The translations under genes were made by a program, and so were the position numbers. From Eledone cirrhosa (Eukaryota), in NCBI GenBank assembly GCA_964016885.1, contig OZ024744.1:30566001-30630000 (forward strand): 64,000 nucleotides of DNA, given 5' to 3'. The notes under the pieces are model-generated. The model had not been told where the DNA came from and ran no database searches. It was given only the letters and a program-made list of their open reading frames with translations. Below are positions 1 to 14,100 of this stretch, one piece after another (position 1 is the stretch's first letter; every line of letters begins with the position of its first letter).

Positions 1-3000
1 TTCCTGATGATTTCTAAAGAATGAAATAGTTCTAGTCCTGTAGAATCTCATCTATATTAAACATTTTTGATACCCAGATTCCTGATGATTTCTAAAGAAT
101 GAAACATTTCTAGTCCTGTAGAATCTCATCTATATTAAAATTTTTTGATACCCCCCAGATTACTGATGATTTCTAAAGAATGAAACAGTTCTAGTCCTGT
201 AGCATCTCATCTATATTCAAATTTTTGATACCCAGATTCCTGATGATTTCTAAAGAATGAAACAGTTCTAGTCCTGTAGAGTCTCATCTATATTAACATT
301 TTTTGATACCCAGATTCCTGATGATTTCTATAGAATGAAACAGTTCTAGTCCTGTAGAATCTCATCTATATAAAAAAATTTTGATACACAGATTCCTTAT
401 GATTTCTAAAGAATGAAACAGTTCTAGTCCGGTAGAATCTCATCTATATTAACATTTTTTGATACCCAGATTCGTGATAATTTCTAAAGAATGAAACAGT
501 TTTAGTCCTGTAGAATCTCATCTATATTAACATTTTTTGATACCCAGATTCCTGATGATTTCTAAAGAATGAAACAGTTCTAATCCTGTAGAATCTCATC
601 TATATTAACATTTTTGACACCCAGATACCTGATGATTTCTAAAGAATGAAACAGTTCTAGTCCTGTAGAATCTCTTCTATATTAAAATTTTTTGATACCC
701 AGATTCGTGATAATTTCTAAAGAATGAAACAGTTCTAGTCCTGTAGAGTCTCATCTATATTAACATTTTTTGATACCCAGATTCCTGATGATTTCTATAG
801 AATGAAACAGTTCTAGTCCTGTAGAATCTCATCTATATAAAAAAATTTTGATACACAGATTCCTTATGATTTCTAAAGAATGAACAGTTCTAGTCCGGTA
901 GAATCTCATCTATATGCACATTTTTTGATACCCAGATTCCTGATGATTTCTAAAGAATGAAACAGTTCTAATCTGGTAGAATCTCATCTACATAAACATT
1001 TTTTGATACCCAGATTCATGATGATTTCTAAAGAATGAAACAGTTCTAGTCCTGTAGAATCTCATTTATATATTGACATTTTTTGATACGCAGATTCCTG
1101 ATGATTTCTAAAGAATGAAACAGTTCTAGTCCTGTAGAATCTCATCTATATTAACATTTTTTGATACCCAGATACCTGAAGATTTCTAAAGAATGAAACA
1201 GTTCTTGTCCTGTAGAATCACATCTATATAAAAAAATGTTGATACCCAGATTCCTGATGATTTCTAAAGAAAGAAACAGCTCTAGTCCTGTAGAATCTCA
1301 TCTATATTAACATTTTTTGATACCCAGATTCCTGATGATTTCTAAAGAATGAAACAGTTCCAGTCCGGTAGAATCTCATCTATATTAACATTTTTTGATA
1401 CCCAGATTCATGATGATTTCTAAAGAATGAAACAGTTCTAGTCCTGTAGAATCTCATCTATATTAACATTTTTTGATACCCAGATTCCTGATGATTTCTA
1501 AAGAATGAAACAGTTCTAGTCTTGTAGAATCTCATCTATATTAAAATTTTTTGATACCCAGATTCCTGATGATTTCTAAAGAATGAAGCAGTTCTAGTCC
1601 GGTAGAATCTCATCTATATTAATTGTTTTTGATACCCAGAATCTTGATTATTTCTAAAGAATGAAACAGTTCTAGTCCTGTAGAATCTCATCTATATTAA
1701 AATTTTTTGATACCCAGATTCGTGATAATTTCTAAAGAATGAAACAGTTCTAGTCCTGTAGAATCTCATCTATATTAACATTTTTTGATACACAGATTCC
1801 TGATGATTTCTAAAGAATGAAACAGTTCTAGTCCTGTAGAATCTCATCTATATTAACATTTTTGACACCCAGATACCTGATGATTTCTAAAGAATGAAAC
1901 AGTTCTAGTCCGGTAGAATCTCATCTATATTAAAATTCTTTGATACCCAGATTCGTGATAATTTCTAAAGAATGAAACAGTTCTAGTCCTGTAGAATCTC
2001 ATCTTTATTAACATTTTTTGATACCCAGATTCCTGAAGATTTCTAAAGAATGAAACAGTTCTAGTCCTGTAGAATCTCATCTATATAAAAAAATTTTAAT
2101 ACACAGATTCCTTATGATTTCTAAAGAATGAAACAGTTCTAGTCCGGTAGAATCTCATCTATATGAACATTTTTTTATACCCAGATTCCTGATGATTTCT
2201 AAAGAATGAAACAGTTCTAGTCCGGTAGAATCTCATCTACATTAACATTTTTTGATACCCAGATTCATGATGATTTCTAAAGAATGAAACAGTTCTAGTC
2301 CTGCAGAATATCATCTATATTAACGTTTTTTGATAACCAGATTCCTGATGATTTCTAAAGAATGAAACAGTTCTAGTCCTGTAGAATCTCATCTATATTA
2401 ACATTTTTGATACCCAGATTCCTGATGATTTCTAAACAATGAAACAGTTCTAGTCCTGTAGAATCTCATCTATATTAATATTTTTTGATACCCAGATACC
2501 TGATGATTCCTAAAGAATGAAACAGTTCTAGTCCTGTAGAATCACATCTATATTAAAAATGTTTGATACCCAGATTGCTTATGATTTCTAAAGAATGAAA
2601 CAGTTCTAGTCCTGTAGAATCTCATCTATATTAAAATTTTTTGCTACCCAGATTCCTGATGATTTCTAAAGAATGAAACAGTTCTAGTCCTGTAGAATCT
2701 CATCTATATTAAAATTTTTTGATACCCCACAGATTCCTGATGATTTCTAAAGAACGAAACAGTTCTAGTCCTGTAGAATCTCATCTTTATAAACATTTTT
2801 TGATACCCAGATTCCTGATGATTTCTAAAGAATGAAACAGTTCTAGTCCTGTAGAATCTCATCTATATTAAAATTTTTGATACCCAGATTCCTGATGATT
2901 TCTAAAGAATGAAACAGTTCTAGTCCTGTAGAATCTCATCTATATTAAAATTTTTTGATACCCAGATTCCTGATGATTTCATAAGAATGAAACAGTTCTA

Positions 3001-6000
3001 GTCCTGTAGAATCTCATCTATATTAAACATTTTTTGATACCCAGATTCCTGATGATTTCTAAAGAATGAAACAGTTGTAGTCCTGCAGAATCTCATCTAT
3101 ATTAAAAGTTTTTGATACTCAGATTCCTGATGATTTCTAAAGAATGAAACAGTTCTAGTCCTGTAGAATCTCATCTATATTAAAAATGTTTGATACCTAG
3201 ATTGCTGATGATTTCTAAAGAATGAAACTGTTCTAGTCCTGTAGAATCTCATCTATATAAAAAAAATTTTCTGCCCAGATTCCTGATGATTTCTAAAGAA
3301 TGAAATAGTTCTAGTCCTGTAGAATCTCATCTATATTAAACATTTTTGATACCCAGATTCCTGATGATTTCTAAAGAATGAAACATTTCTAGTCCTGTAG
3401 AATCTCATCTATATTAAAATTTTTTGATACCCCCCAGATTACTGATGATTTCTAAAGAATGAAACAGTTCTAGTCCTGTAGCATCTCATCTATATTCAAA
3501 TTTTTGATACCCAGATTCCTGATGATTTCTAAAGAATGAAACAGTTCTAGTCCTGTAGAGTCTCATCTATATTAACATTTTTTGATACCCAGATTCCTGA
3601 TGATTTCTATAGAATGAAACAGTTCTAGTCCTGTAGAATCTCATCTATATAAAAAAATTTTGATACACAGATTCCTTATGATTTCTAAAGAATGAAACAG
3701 TTCTAGTCCGGTAGAATCTCATCTATATTAACATTTTTTGATACCCAGATTCGTGATAATTTCTAAAGAATGAAACAGTTTTAGTCCTGTAGAATCTCAT
3801 CTATATTAACATTTTTTGATACCCAGATTCCTGATGATTTCTAAAGAATGAAACAGTTCTAATCCTGTAGAATCTCATCTATATTAACATTTTTGACACC
3901 CAGATACCTGATGATTTCTAAAGAATGAAACAGTTCTAGTCCTGTAGAATCTCTTCTATATTAAAATTTTTTGATACCCAGATTCGTGATAATTTCTAAA
4001 GAATGAAACAGTTCTAGTCCTGTAGAGTCTCATCTATATTAACATTTTTTGATACCCAGATTCCTGATGATTTCTATAGAATGAAACAGTTCTAGTCCTG
4101 TAGAATCTCATCTATATAAAAAAATTTTGATACACAGATTCCTTATGATTTCTAAAGAATGAACAGTTCTAGTCCGGTAGAATCTCATCTATATGCACAT
4201 TTTTTGATACCCAGATTCCTGATGATTTCTAAAGAATGAAACAGTTCTAATCTGGTAGAATCTCATCTACATAAACATTTTTTGATACCCAGATTCATGA
4301 TGATTTCTAAAGAATGAAACAGTTCTAGTCCTGTAGAATCTCATTTATATATTGACATTTTTTGATACGCAGATTCCTGATGATTTCTAAAGAATGAAAC
4401 AGTTCTAGTCCTGTAGAATCTCATCTATATTAACATTTTTTGATACCCAGATACCTGAAGATTTCTAAAGAATGAAACAGTTCTTGTCCTGTAGAATCAC
4501 ATCTATATAAAAAAATGTTGATACCCAGATTCCTGATGATTTCTAAAGAAAGAAACAGCTCTAGTCCTGTAGAATCTCATCTATATTAACATTTTTTGAT
4601 ACCCAGATTCCTGATGATTTCTAAAGAATGAAACAGTTCCAGTCCGGTAGAATCTCATCTATATTAACATTTTTTGATACCCAGATTCATGATGATTTCT
4701 AAAGAATGAAACAGTTCTAGTCCTGTAGAATCTCATCTATATTAACATTTTTTGATACCCAGATTCCTGATGATTTCTAAAGAATGAAACAGTTCTAGTC
4801 TTGTAGAATCTCATCTATATTAAAATTTTTTGATACCCAGATTCCTGATGATTTCTAAAGAATGAAGCAGTTCTAGTCCGGTAGAATCTCATCTATATTA
4901 ATTGTTTTTGATACCCAGAATCTTGATTATTTCTAAAGAATGAAACAGTTCTAGTCCTGTAGAATCTCATCTATATTAAAATTTTTTGATACCCAGATTC
5001 GTGATAATTTCTAAAGAATGAAACAGTTCTAGTCCTGTAGAATCTCATCTATATTAACATTTTTTGATACACAGATTCCTGATGATTTCTAAAGAATGAA
5101 ACAGTTCTAGTCCTGTAGAATCTCATCTATATTAACATTTTTGACACCCAGATACCTGATGATTTCTAAAGAATGAAACAGTTCTAGTCCGGTAGAATCT
5201 CATCTATATTAAAATTCTTTGATACCCAGATTCGTGATAATTTCTAAAGAATGAAACAGTTCTAGTCCTGTAGAATCTCATCTTTATTAACATTTTTTGA
5301 TACCCAGATTCCTGAAGATTTCTAAAGAATGAAACAGTTCTAGTCCTGTAGAATCTCATCTATATAAAAAAATTTTAATACACAGATTCCTTATGATTTC
5401 TAAAGAATGAAACAGTTCTAGTCCGGTAGAATCTCATCTATATGAACATTTTTTTATACCCAGATTCCTGATGATTTCTAAAGAATGAAACAGTTCTAGT
5501 CCGGTAGAATCTCATCTACATTAACATTTTTTGATACCCAGATTCATGATGATTTCTAAAGAATGAAACAGTTCTAGTCCTGCAGAATATCATCTATATT
5601 AACGTTTTTTGATAACCAGATTCCTGATGATTTCTAAAGAATGAAACAGTTCTAGTCCTGTAGAATCTCATCTATATTAACATTTTTGATACCCAGATTC
5701 CTGATGATTTCTAAACAATGAAACAGTTCTAGTCCTGTAGAATCTCATCTATATTAATATTTTTTGATACCCAGATACCTGATGATTCCTAAAGAATGAA
5801 ACAGTTCTAGTCCTGTAGAATCACATCTATATTAAAAATGTTTGATACCCAGATTGCTTATGATTTCTAAAGAATGAAACAGTTCTAGTCCTGTAGAATC
5901 TCATCTATATTAAAATTTTTTGCTACCCAGATTCCTGATGATTTCTAAAGAATGAAACAGTTCTAGTCCTGTAGAATCTCATCTATATTAAAATTTTTTG

Positions 6001-6230
6001 ATACCCCACAGATTCCTGATGATTTCTAAAGAACGAAACAGTTCTAGTCCTGTAGAATCTCATCTTTATAAACATTTTTTGATACCCAGATTCCTGATGA
6101 TTTCTAAAGAATGAAACAGTTCTAGTCCTGTAGAATCTCATCTATATTAAAATTTTTGATACCCAGATTCCTGATGATTTCTAAAGAATGAAACAGTTCT
6201 AGTCCTGTAGAATCTCATCTATATTAAAAT
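1..6230. repeat. Tandem block duplication, period 3279 bp (42 monomers)
   Basis: The rare marker CCCCCCAGATTACTG lies at 151 and 3430, and the same order of variants (GTAGCATC, GTAGAGTC, GAACAG 1-nt deletion, CCCCACAG) recurs at +3279. The second copy has 5 additional monomers near 6230-6630, so the next period is 3668 bp. Confidence 0.92.
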
Positions 6231-8276
6231 TTTTGATACCCAGATTCCTGATGATTTCTAAAGAATGAAACAGTTCTAGTCCTGTAGAACCTCATCTATA
6301 TTAAAATTTTTTGATACCCACATTCCTGATGATTTCTAAAGAATGAAACAGTTCTAGTCCTGTAGAATCTCATCTATATTAACATTTTTTGATACCCAGA
6401 TTCCTGATGATTTCTAAAGAATGAAACAGTTCTAGTCCTGCAGAATATCATCTATATTAACGTTTTTTGATACCCAGATTCCTGATGATTCCTAAAGAAT
6501 GAAACAGTTCTAGTCCTGTAGAATCACATCTATATAAAAAAATTTTGATACCCAGATTCCTGATGATTTCTAAAGAATGAAACAGTTCTAGTCCTGTAGA
6601 ATCTCATCTATATTAAAATTTTTTGATACCCGGATTCCTGATGATTTCATAAGAATGAAACAGTTCTAGTCCTGTAGAATCTCATCTATATTAAACATTT
6701 TTTGATACCCAGATTCCTGATGATTTCTAAAGAATGAAACAGTTGTAGTCCTGCAGAATCTCATCTATATTAAAAGTTTTTGATACTCAGATTCCTGATG
6801 ATTTCTAAAGAATGAAACAGTTCTAGTCCTGTAGAATCTCATCTATATTAAAAATGTTTGATACCCAGATTGCTGATGATTTCTAAAGAATGAAACAGTT
6901 CTAGTCCTGTAGAATCTCATCTATATAAAAAAAATTTTCTGCCCAGATTCCTGATGATTTCTAAAGAATGAAATAGTTCTAGTCCTGTAGAATCTCATCT
7001 ATATTAAACATTTTTGATACCCAGATTCCTGATGATTTCTAAAGAATGAAACATTTCTAGTCCTGTAGAATCTCATCTATATTAAAATTTTTTGATACCC
7101 CCCAGATTCCTGATGATTTCTAAAGAATGAAACAGTTCTAGTCCTGTAGCATCTCATCTATATTAAAATTTTTGATTACCCAGATTCCTGATGATTTATA
7201 AAGAATGAAACAGTTCTAGTCCTGTAGAGTCTCATCTATATTAACATTTTTTGATACCCAGATTCCTGATGATTTCTATAGAATGAAACAGTTCTAGTCC
7301 TGTAGAATCTCATCTATATAAAAAAATTTTGATACACAGATTCCTTATGATTTCTAAAGAATGAAACAGTTCTAGTCCGGTAGAATCTCATCTATATTAA
7401 CATTTTTTGATACCCAGATTCGTGATAATTTCTAAAGAATGAAACAGATTTAGTCCTGTAGAATCTCATCTATATTAATATTTTTTGATACCCAGATTCC
7501 TGATGATTTCTAAAGAATGAAACAGTTCTAATCCTGTAGAATCTCATCTATATTAACATTTTTGACACCCAGATATTTGATGATTTCTAAAGAATGAAAC
7601 AGTTCTAGTCCTGTAGAATCTCTTCTATATTAAAATTTTTTGATACCCAGATTCGTGATAATTTCTAAAGAATGAAACAGTTCTAGTCCTGTAGAGTCTC
7701 ATCTATATTAACATTTTTTGATACCCAGATTCCTGATGATTTCTATAGAATGAAACAGTTCTAGTCCTGTAGAATCTCATCTATATAAAAAAATTTTGAT
7801 ACACAGATTCCTTATGATTTCTAAAGAATGAACAGTTCTAGTCCGGTAGAATCTCATCTATATGAACATTTTTTGATACCCAGATTCCTGATGATTTCTA
7901 AAGAATGAAACAGTTCTAGTCCGGTAGAATCTCATCTACATAAACATTTTTTGATACCCAGATTCATGATGATTTCTAAAGAATGAAACAGTTCTAGTCC
8001 TGTAGAATCTCATTTATATATTGACATTTTTTGATACGCAGATTCCTGATGATTTCTAAAGAATGAAACAGTTCTAGTCCTGTAGAATCTCATCTATATT
8101 AACATTTTTTGATACCCAGATACCTGAAGATTTCTAAAGAATGAAACAGTTCTTGTCCTGTAGAATCACATCTATATAAAAAAATGTTGATACCCAGATT
8201 CCTGATGATTTCTAAAGAAAGAAACAGCTCTAGTCCTGTAGAATCTCATCTATATTAACATTTTTTGATACCCAGA

Positions 8277-8376
8277 TTCCTGATGATTTCTAAAGAATGA
8301 AACAGTTCCAGTCCGGTAGAATCTCATCTATAGTTCAGTATAATCTCATCTATATTAACACTTTTTGATACCCAGA
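8277..8376. repeat. Aberrant 100-bp monomer (22-nt out-of-register junction), copy 1
   Basis: ...CCGGTAGAATCTCATCTA|TAGTTCAGTATAATCTCATCTATATTAACACTTTTTG: the sequence jumps from monomer position 54 back to position 33. Confidence 0.93.
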
Positions 8377-11034
8377 TTCCTGATGATTTCTAAAGAATGA
8401 AGCAGTTCTAGTCCTGTAGAATCTCATATATATTAACATTTTTTGACAACCAGATTCCTGATGATTTCTAAAGAATGAAACAGTTCTAGTCCTGTAGAAT
8501 ATCATCTATATTAAAATTTTTTGATACCCAGTTTCCTGATGATTTCTAATGAATGAAACAGTTCTAGACCTGTAGAATCTCATGTATATTAAAATTTTTT
8601 GATACCCAGATTCCTGATGATTTCTAAAGAATGAAACAGTTCTAGTCCTGTAGAATCTCATCTATATAAATATTTTTTGATACCCCACAGATTCCTGATG
8701 ATTTCTAAAGAATGAAACAGTTCTAGTCCTGTAGAATCTCATCTATATTAACATTTTTTGATACCCAGATTCCCGATGATTTCTAAAGAATGAAACGGTT
8801 CTAGTCCTGTAGAATCTCATCTATATTAAAAATGTTTGATACCCAGATTCCTGATGATTTCTAAAGAATGAAACAGTTCTAGTCCTGTAGAATCTCATCT
8901 ATATTAAAATTTGTTGATACCCAGATTCCTGATGATTACTAAAGAATGAAACAGTTCTAGTCCTGTAGAATCTCATCTATATTAAAATTTTTGATACCCA
9001 GATTCCTGATGATTTCTAAAGAATGAAACAGTTCTAGTCCTGTAGAACCTCATCTATATTAAAATTTTTTGATACCCACATTCCTGATGATTTCTAAAGA
9101 ATGAAACAGTTCTAGTCCTGTAGAATCTCATCTATATTAACATTTTTTGATACCCAGATTCCTGATGATTTCTAAAGAATGAAACAGTTCTAGTCCTGCA
9201 GAATATCATCTATATTAACGTTTTTTGATACCCAGATTCCTGATGATTCCTAAAGAATGAAACAGTTCTAGTCCTGTAGAATCACATCTATATAAAAAAA
9301 TTTTGATACCCAGATTCCTGATGATTTCTAAAGAATGAAACAGTTCTAGTCCTGTAGAATCTCATCTATATTAAAATTTTTTGATACCCGGATTCCTGAT
9401 GATTTCATAAGAATGAAACAGTTCTAGTCCTGTAGAATCTCATCTATATTAAACATTTTTTGATACCCAGATTCCTGATGATTTCTAAAGAATGAAACAG
9501 TTGTAGTCCTGCAGAATCTCATCTATATTAAAAGTTTTTGATACTCAGATTCCTGATGATTTCTAAAGAATGAAACAGTTCTAGTCCTGTAGAATCTCAT
9601 CTATATTAAAAATGTTTGATACCCAGATTGCTGATGATTTCTAAAGAATGAAACAGTTCTAGTCCTGTAGAATCTCATCTATATAAAAAAAATTTTCTGC
9701 CCAGATTCCTGATGATTTCTAAAGAATGAAATAGTTCTAGTCCTGTAGAATCTCATCTATATTAAACATTTTTGATACCCAGATTCCTGATGATTTCTAA
9801 AGAATGAAACATTTCTAGTCCTGTAGAATCTCATCTATATTAAAATTTTTTGATACCCCCCAGATTCCTGATGATTTCTAAAGAATGAAACAGTTCTAGT
9901 CCTGTAGCATCTCATCTATATTAAAATTTTTGATTACCCAGATTCCTGATGATTTATAAAGAATGAAACAGTTCTAGTCCTGTAGAGTCTCATCTATATT
10001 AACATTTTTTGATACCCAGATTCCTGATGATTTCTATAGAATGAAACAGTTCTAGTCCTGTAGAATCTCATCTATATAAAAAAATTTTGATACACAGATT
10101 CCTTATGATTTCTAAAGAATGAAACAGTTCTAGTCCGGTAGAATCTCATCTATATTAACATTTTTTGATACCCAGATTCGTGATAATTTCTAAAGAATGA
10201 AACAGATTTAGTCCTGTAGAATCTCATCTATATTAATATTTTTTGATACCCAGATTCCTGATGATTTCTAAAGAATGAAACAGTTCTAATCCTGTAGAAT
10301 CTCATCTATATTAACATTTTTGACACCCAGATACCTGATGATTTCTAAAGAATGAAACAGTTCTAGTCCTGTAGAATCTCTTCTATATTAAAATTTTTTG
10401 ATACCCAGATTCGTGATAATTTCTAAAGAATGAAACAGTTCTAGTCCTGTAGAGTCTCATCTATATTAACATTTTTTGATACCCAGATTCCTGATGATTT
10501 CTATAGAATGAAACAGTTCTAGTCCTGTAGAATCTCATCTATATAAAAAAATTTTGATACACAGATTCCTTATGATTTCTAAAGAATGAACAGTTCTAGT
10601 CCGGTAGAATCTCATCTATATGAACATTTTTTGATACCCAGATTCCTGATGATTTCTAAAGAATGAAACAGTTCTAGTCCGGTAGAATCTCATCTACATA
10701 AACATTTTTTGATACCCAGATTCATGATGATTTCTAAAGAATGAAACAGTTCTAGTCCTGTAGAATCTCATTTATATATTGACATTTTTTGATACGCAGA
10801 TTCCTGATGATTTCTAAAGAATGAAACAGTTCTAGTCCTGTAGAATCTCATCTATATTAACATTTTTTGATACCCAGATACCTGAAGATTTCTAAAGAAT
10901 GAAACAGTTCTTGTCCTGTAGAATCACATCTATATAAAAAAATGTTGATACCCAGATTCCTGATGATTTCTAAAGAAAGAAACAGCTCTAGTCCTGTAGA
11001 ATCTCATCTATATTAACATTTTTTGATACCCAGA

Positions 11035-11134
11035 TTCCTGATGATTTCTAAAGAATGAAACAGTTCCAGTCCGGTAGAATCTCATCTATAGTTCAGTAGA
11101 ATCTCATCTATATTAACACTTTTTGATACCCAGA
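11035..11134. repeat. Aberrant 100-bp monomer, copy 2
   Basis: Same junction, CTCATCTA|TAGTTCAGTAGAATCTC, 2758 bp downstream of copy 1. Confidence 0.93.
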
Positions 11135-14100
11135 TTCCTGATGATTTCTAAAGAATGAAGCAGTTCTAGTCCTGTAGAATCTCATATATATTAACATTTT
11201 TTGACACCCAGATTCCTGATGATTTCTAAAGAATGAAACAGTTCTAGTCCTGTAGAATATCATCTATATTAAAATTTTTTGATACCCAGTTTCCTGATGA
11301 TTTCTAATGAATGAAACAGTTCTAGACCTGTAGAATCTCATGTATATTAAAATTTTTTGATACCCAGATTCCTGATGATTTCTAAAGAATGAAACAGTTC
11401 TAGTCCTGTAGAATCTCATCTATATAAATATTTTTTGATACCCCACAGATTCCTGATGATTTCTAAAGAATGAAACAGTTCTAGTCCTGTAGAATCTCAT
11501 CTATATTAACATTTTTTGATACCCAGATTCCCGATGATTTCTAAAGAATGAAACGGTTCTAGTCCTGTAGAATCTCATCTATATTAAAAATGTTTGATAC
11601 CCAGATTCCTGATGATTTCTAAAGAATGAAACAGTTCTAGTCCTGTAGAATCTCATCTATATTAAAATTTGTTGATACCCAGATTCCTGATGATTTCTAA
11701 AGAATGAAACAGTTCTAGTCCTCTAGAATCTCATCTATATTAACATTTTTTGACGCCCAGAATCCTGATGATTTCTAAAGAATGAAACAGTTCTAGTCCT
11801 GTAGAATCTCATCTATATTAAAATTTTTGGATACACAGATTCCTGATGATTTCTAAAGAATGAAACAGTTCTAGTCCTTTAGAATCTCATCCATATTAAA
11901 ATGTTTTGATACACAGATTCCTGATGATTTCTAAAGAATGAAACAGTTCTAGTCCTGTAGAATCTCATCTATATTAACATTTTTTGATACCCAGATTCCT
12001 GATGATTTCTAAAGAATGAAACAGTTCTAGTCCTGTAGAATCTCATCTATACTAACATTTTTTGATACCCAGATTCCTGGTGATTTCTAAAGAATGAAAC
12101 AGTTCTAGTCCTGTAGAATCTCATCTATATTAAACATTTTTGATACCCAGATTCCTGATGATTTCTAAAGAATGAAACAGTTCTAGTCCTGTAGAATCTC
12201 ATCTATATTAAAACTTTTGATACCCAGATTCCTGATGATTTCTAAAGAATGAAACAGTTCTAGTCCTGTAGAATCTCATCTATATTAACATTTTTGGATA
12301 CCCAGATTCCTGATGATTTCTAAAGAATGAAACAGTTCTAGTCCTGTATAATCTCATGTATATTAAAAATGTTTGATACCCAGATTGCTGATGATTTCTA
12401 AAGAATGAAACAGTTCTAGTCCTGTAGAATCTCATCTATATTAAAATTTGTTGATACCCAGATTCCTGATGATTTCTAAAGAATGAAACAGTTCTAGTCC
12501 TGTAGAATCTCATCTATATTAACATTTTTTGATACCCAGATTCCTGCTGATTTCTAAAGAATGAAACAGTTCTAGTCCTTTAGAATCTCATGCATATTAA
12601 AATTTTTTGATGCCCAGATTCCTGATAATTTCTAAAGAATGAAACAGTTCTAGTCCTGTAGAATCTCATCTATATTAAAATTTTTGGATAACCAGATTCC
12701 TGATGATTTCTAAAGAATGAAACAGTTCTAGTCCTTTAGAATCTCATCCATATTAAAATTTTTTGATACCCAGATTCCTGATGATTTCTAAAGAATGAAA
12801 CAGTTCTAGTCCTGTAGAATCTCATGTATATTAAAATTTTTTGATACCCAGATTCCTGATGATTTCTAAAGAATGACACAGTTCTAGTCCTCGAGAATCT
12901 CAGCTATACAAAAATTTTTTGATACCCAGATTCCTGGTGATTTCTAAAGAATGAAACAGTTCTAGTCCTGTAGAATCTCATCTATATTAAAAATTTTTGA
13001 TACCCAGATTCCTGATGATTTCTAAAGAATGAAGCAGTTCTAGTCATGTAGAATCTCATATATATTAACATTTTTTGACACCCAGATTCCTGATGATTTC
13101 TAAAGAATGAAACAGTCCTAGTCGTGTAGAATCTCATCTATATTAAACATTTGTGATTCCCAGATTCCTGATGATTTCTAAAGAATGAAACAGTTCTCGT
13201 CCTGTAGAATCTCATCTATATCAAAAAATTTTGATACCCAGATTCCTGATGTTTTCTAAAGAATGAAACAGTTCTAGTCCTGTAGAATATCATCTATATT
13301 AAAATTTTTTGATACCCAGTTTCCTGATGATTTCTAATGAATGAAACAGTTCTAGTCCTGTAGAATCTCATCTATATTAACATTTTTTGACACCCAGATT
13401 CCTGATGATTTCTAAAGAATGAAACAGTTGTAGTTCAGTAGAATCTCATCTATATTAACACTTTTTGATACCCAGATTCCTGATGATTTCTCAAGAATGA
13501 AGCAGTTCTAGTCCTGTAGAATCTCATATATATTAACATTTTTTGACACCCAGATTCCTGATGATTTCTAAAGAATGAAACAGTTCTAGTCCTGTAGAAT
13601 ATCATCTATATTAAAATTTTTTGATACCCAGTTTCCTGATGATTTCTAATGAATGAAACAGTTCTAGACCTGTAGAATCTCATGTATATTAAAATTTTTT
13701 GATACCCAGATTCCTGATGATTTCTAAAGAATGAAACAGTTCTAGTCCTGTAGAATCTCATCTATATAAATATTTTTTGATACCCCACAGATTCCTGATG
13801 ATTTCTAAAGAATGAAACAGTTCTAGTCCTGTAGAATCTCATCTATATTAACATTTTTTGATACCCAGATTCCCGATGATTTCTAAAGAATGAAACGGTT
13901 CTAGTCCTGTAGAATCTCATCTATATTAAAAATGTTTGATACCCAGATTCCTGATGATTTCTAAAGAATGAAACAGTTCTAGTCCTGTAGAATCTCATCT
14001 ATATTAAAATTTGTTGATACCCAGATTCCTGATGATTTCTAAAGAATGAAACAGTTCTTGTCCTCTAGAATCTCATCTATATTAACATTTTTTGACGCCC

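Larger units (their letters stand above)
6170..11690. repeat. Tandem block duplication, period 2758 bp (35 monomers including one 100-bp monomer)
   Basis: GTAGAACCTC marker (GAAC at 6287/9045), block start at 6948/9706 and junction at 8331/11089 are all offset by 2758. Confidence 0.92.

Noticed and set aside
1-78. Monomer built from two ~39-bp sub-repeats (TTCCTGATGATTTCTA vs GTCCTGTAGAATCTCA)
   Set aside because: Only about 9 of 16 positions match, at an offset of 34, which is too weak to support.
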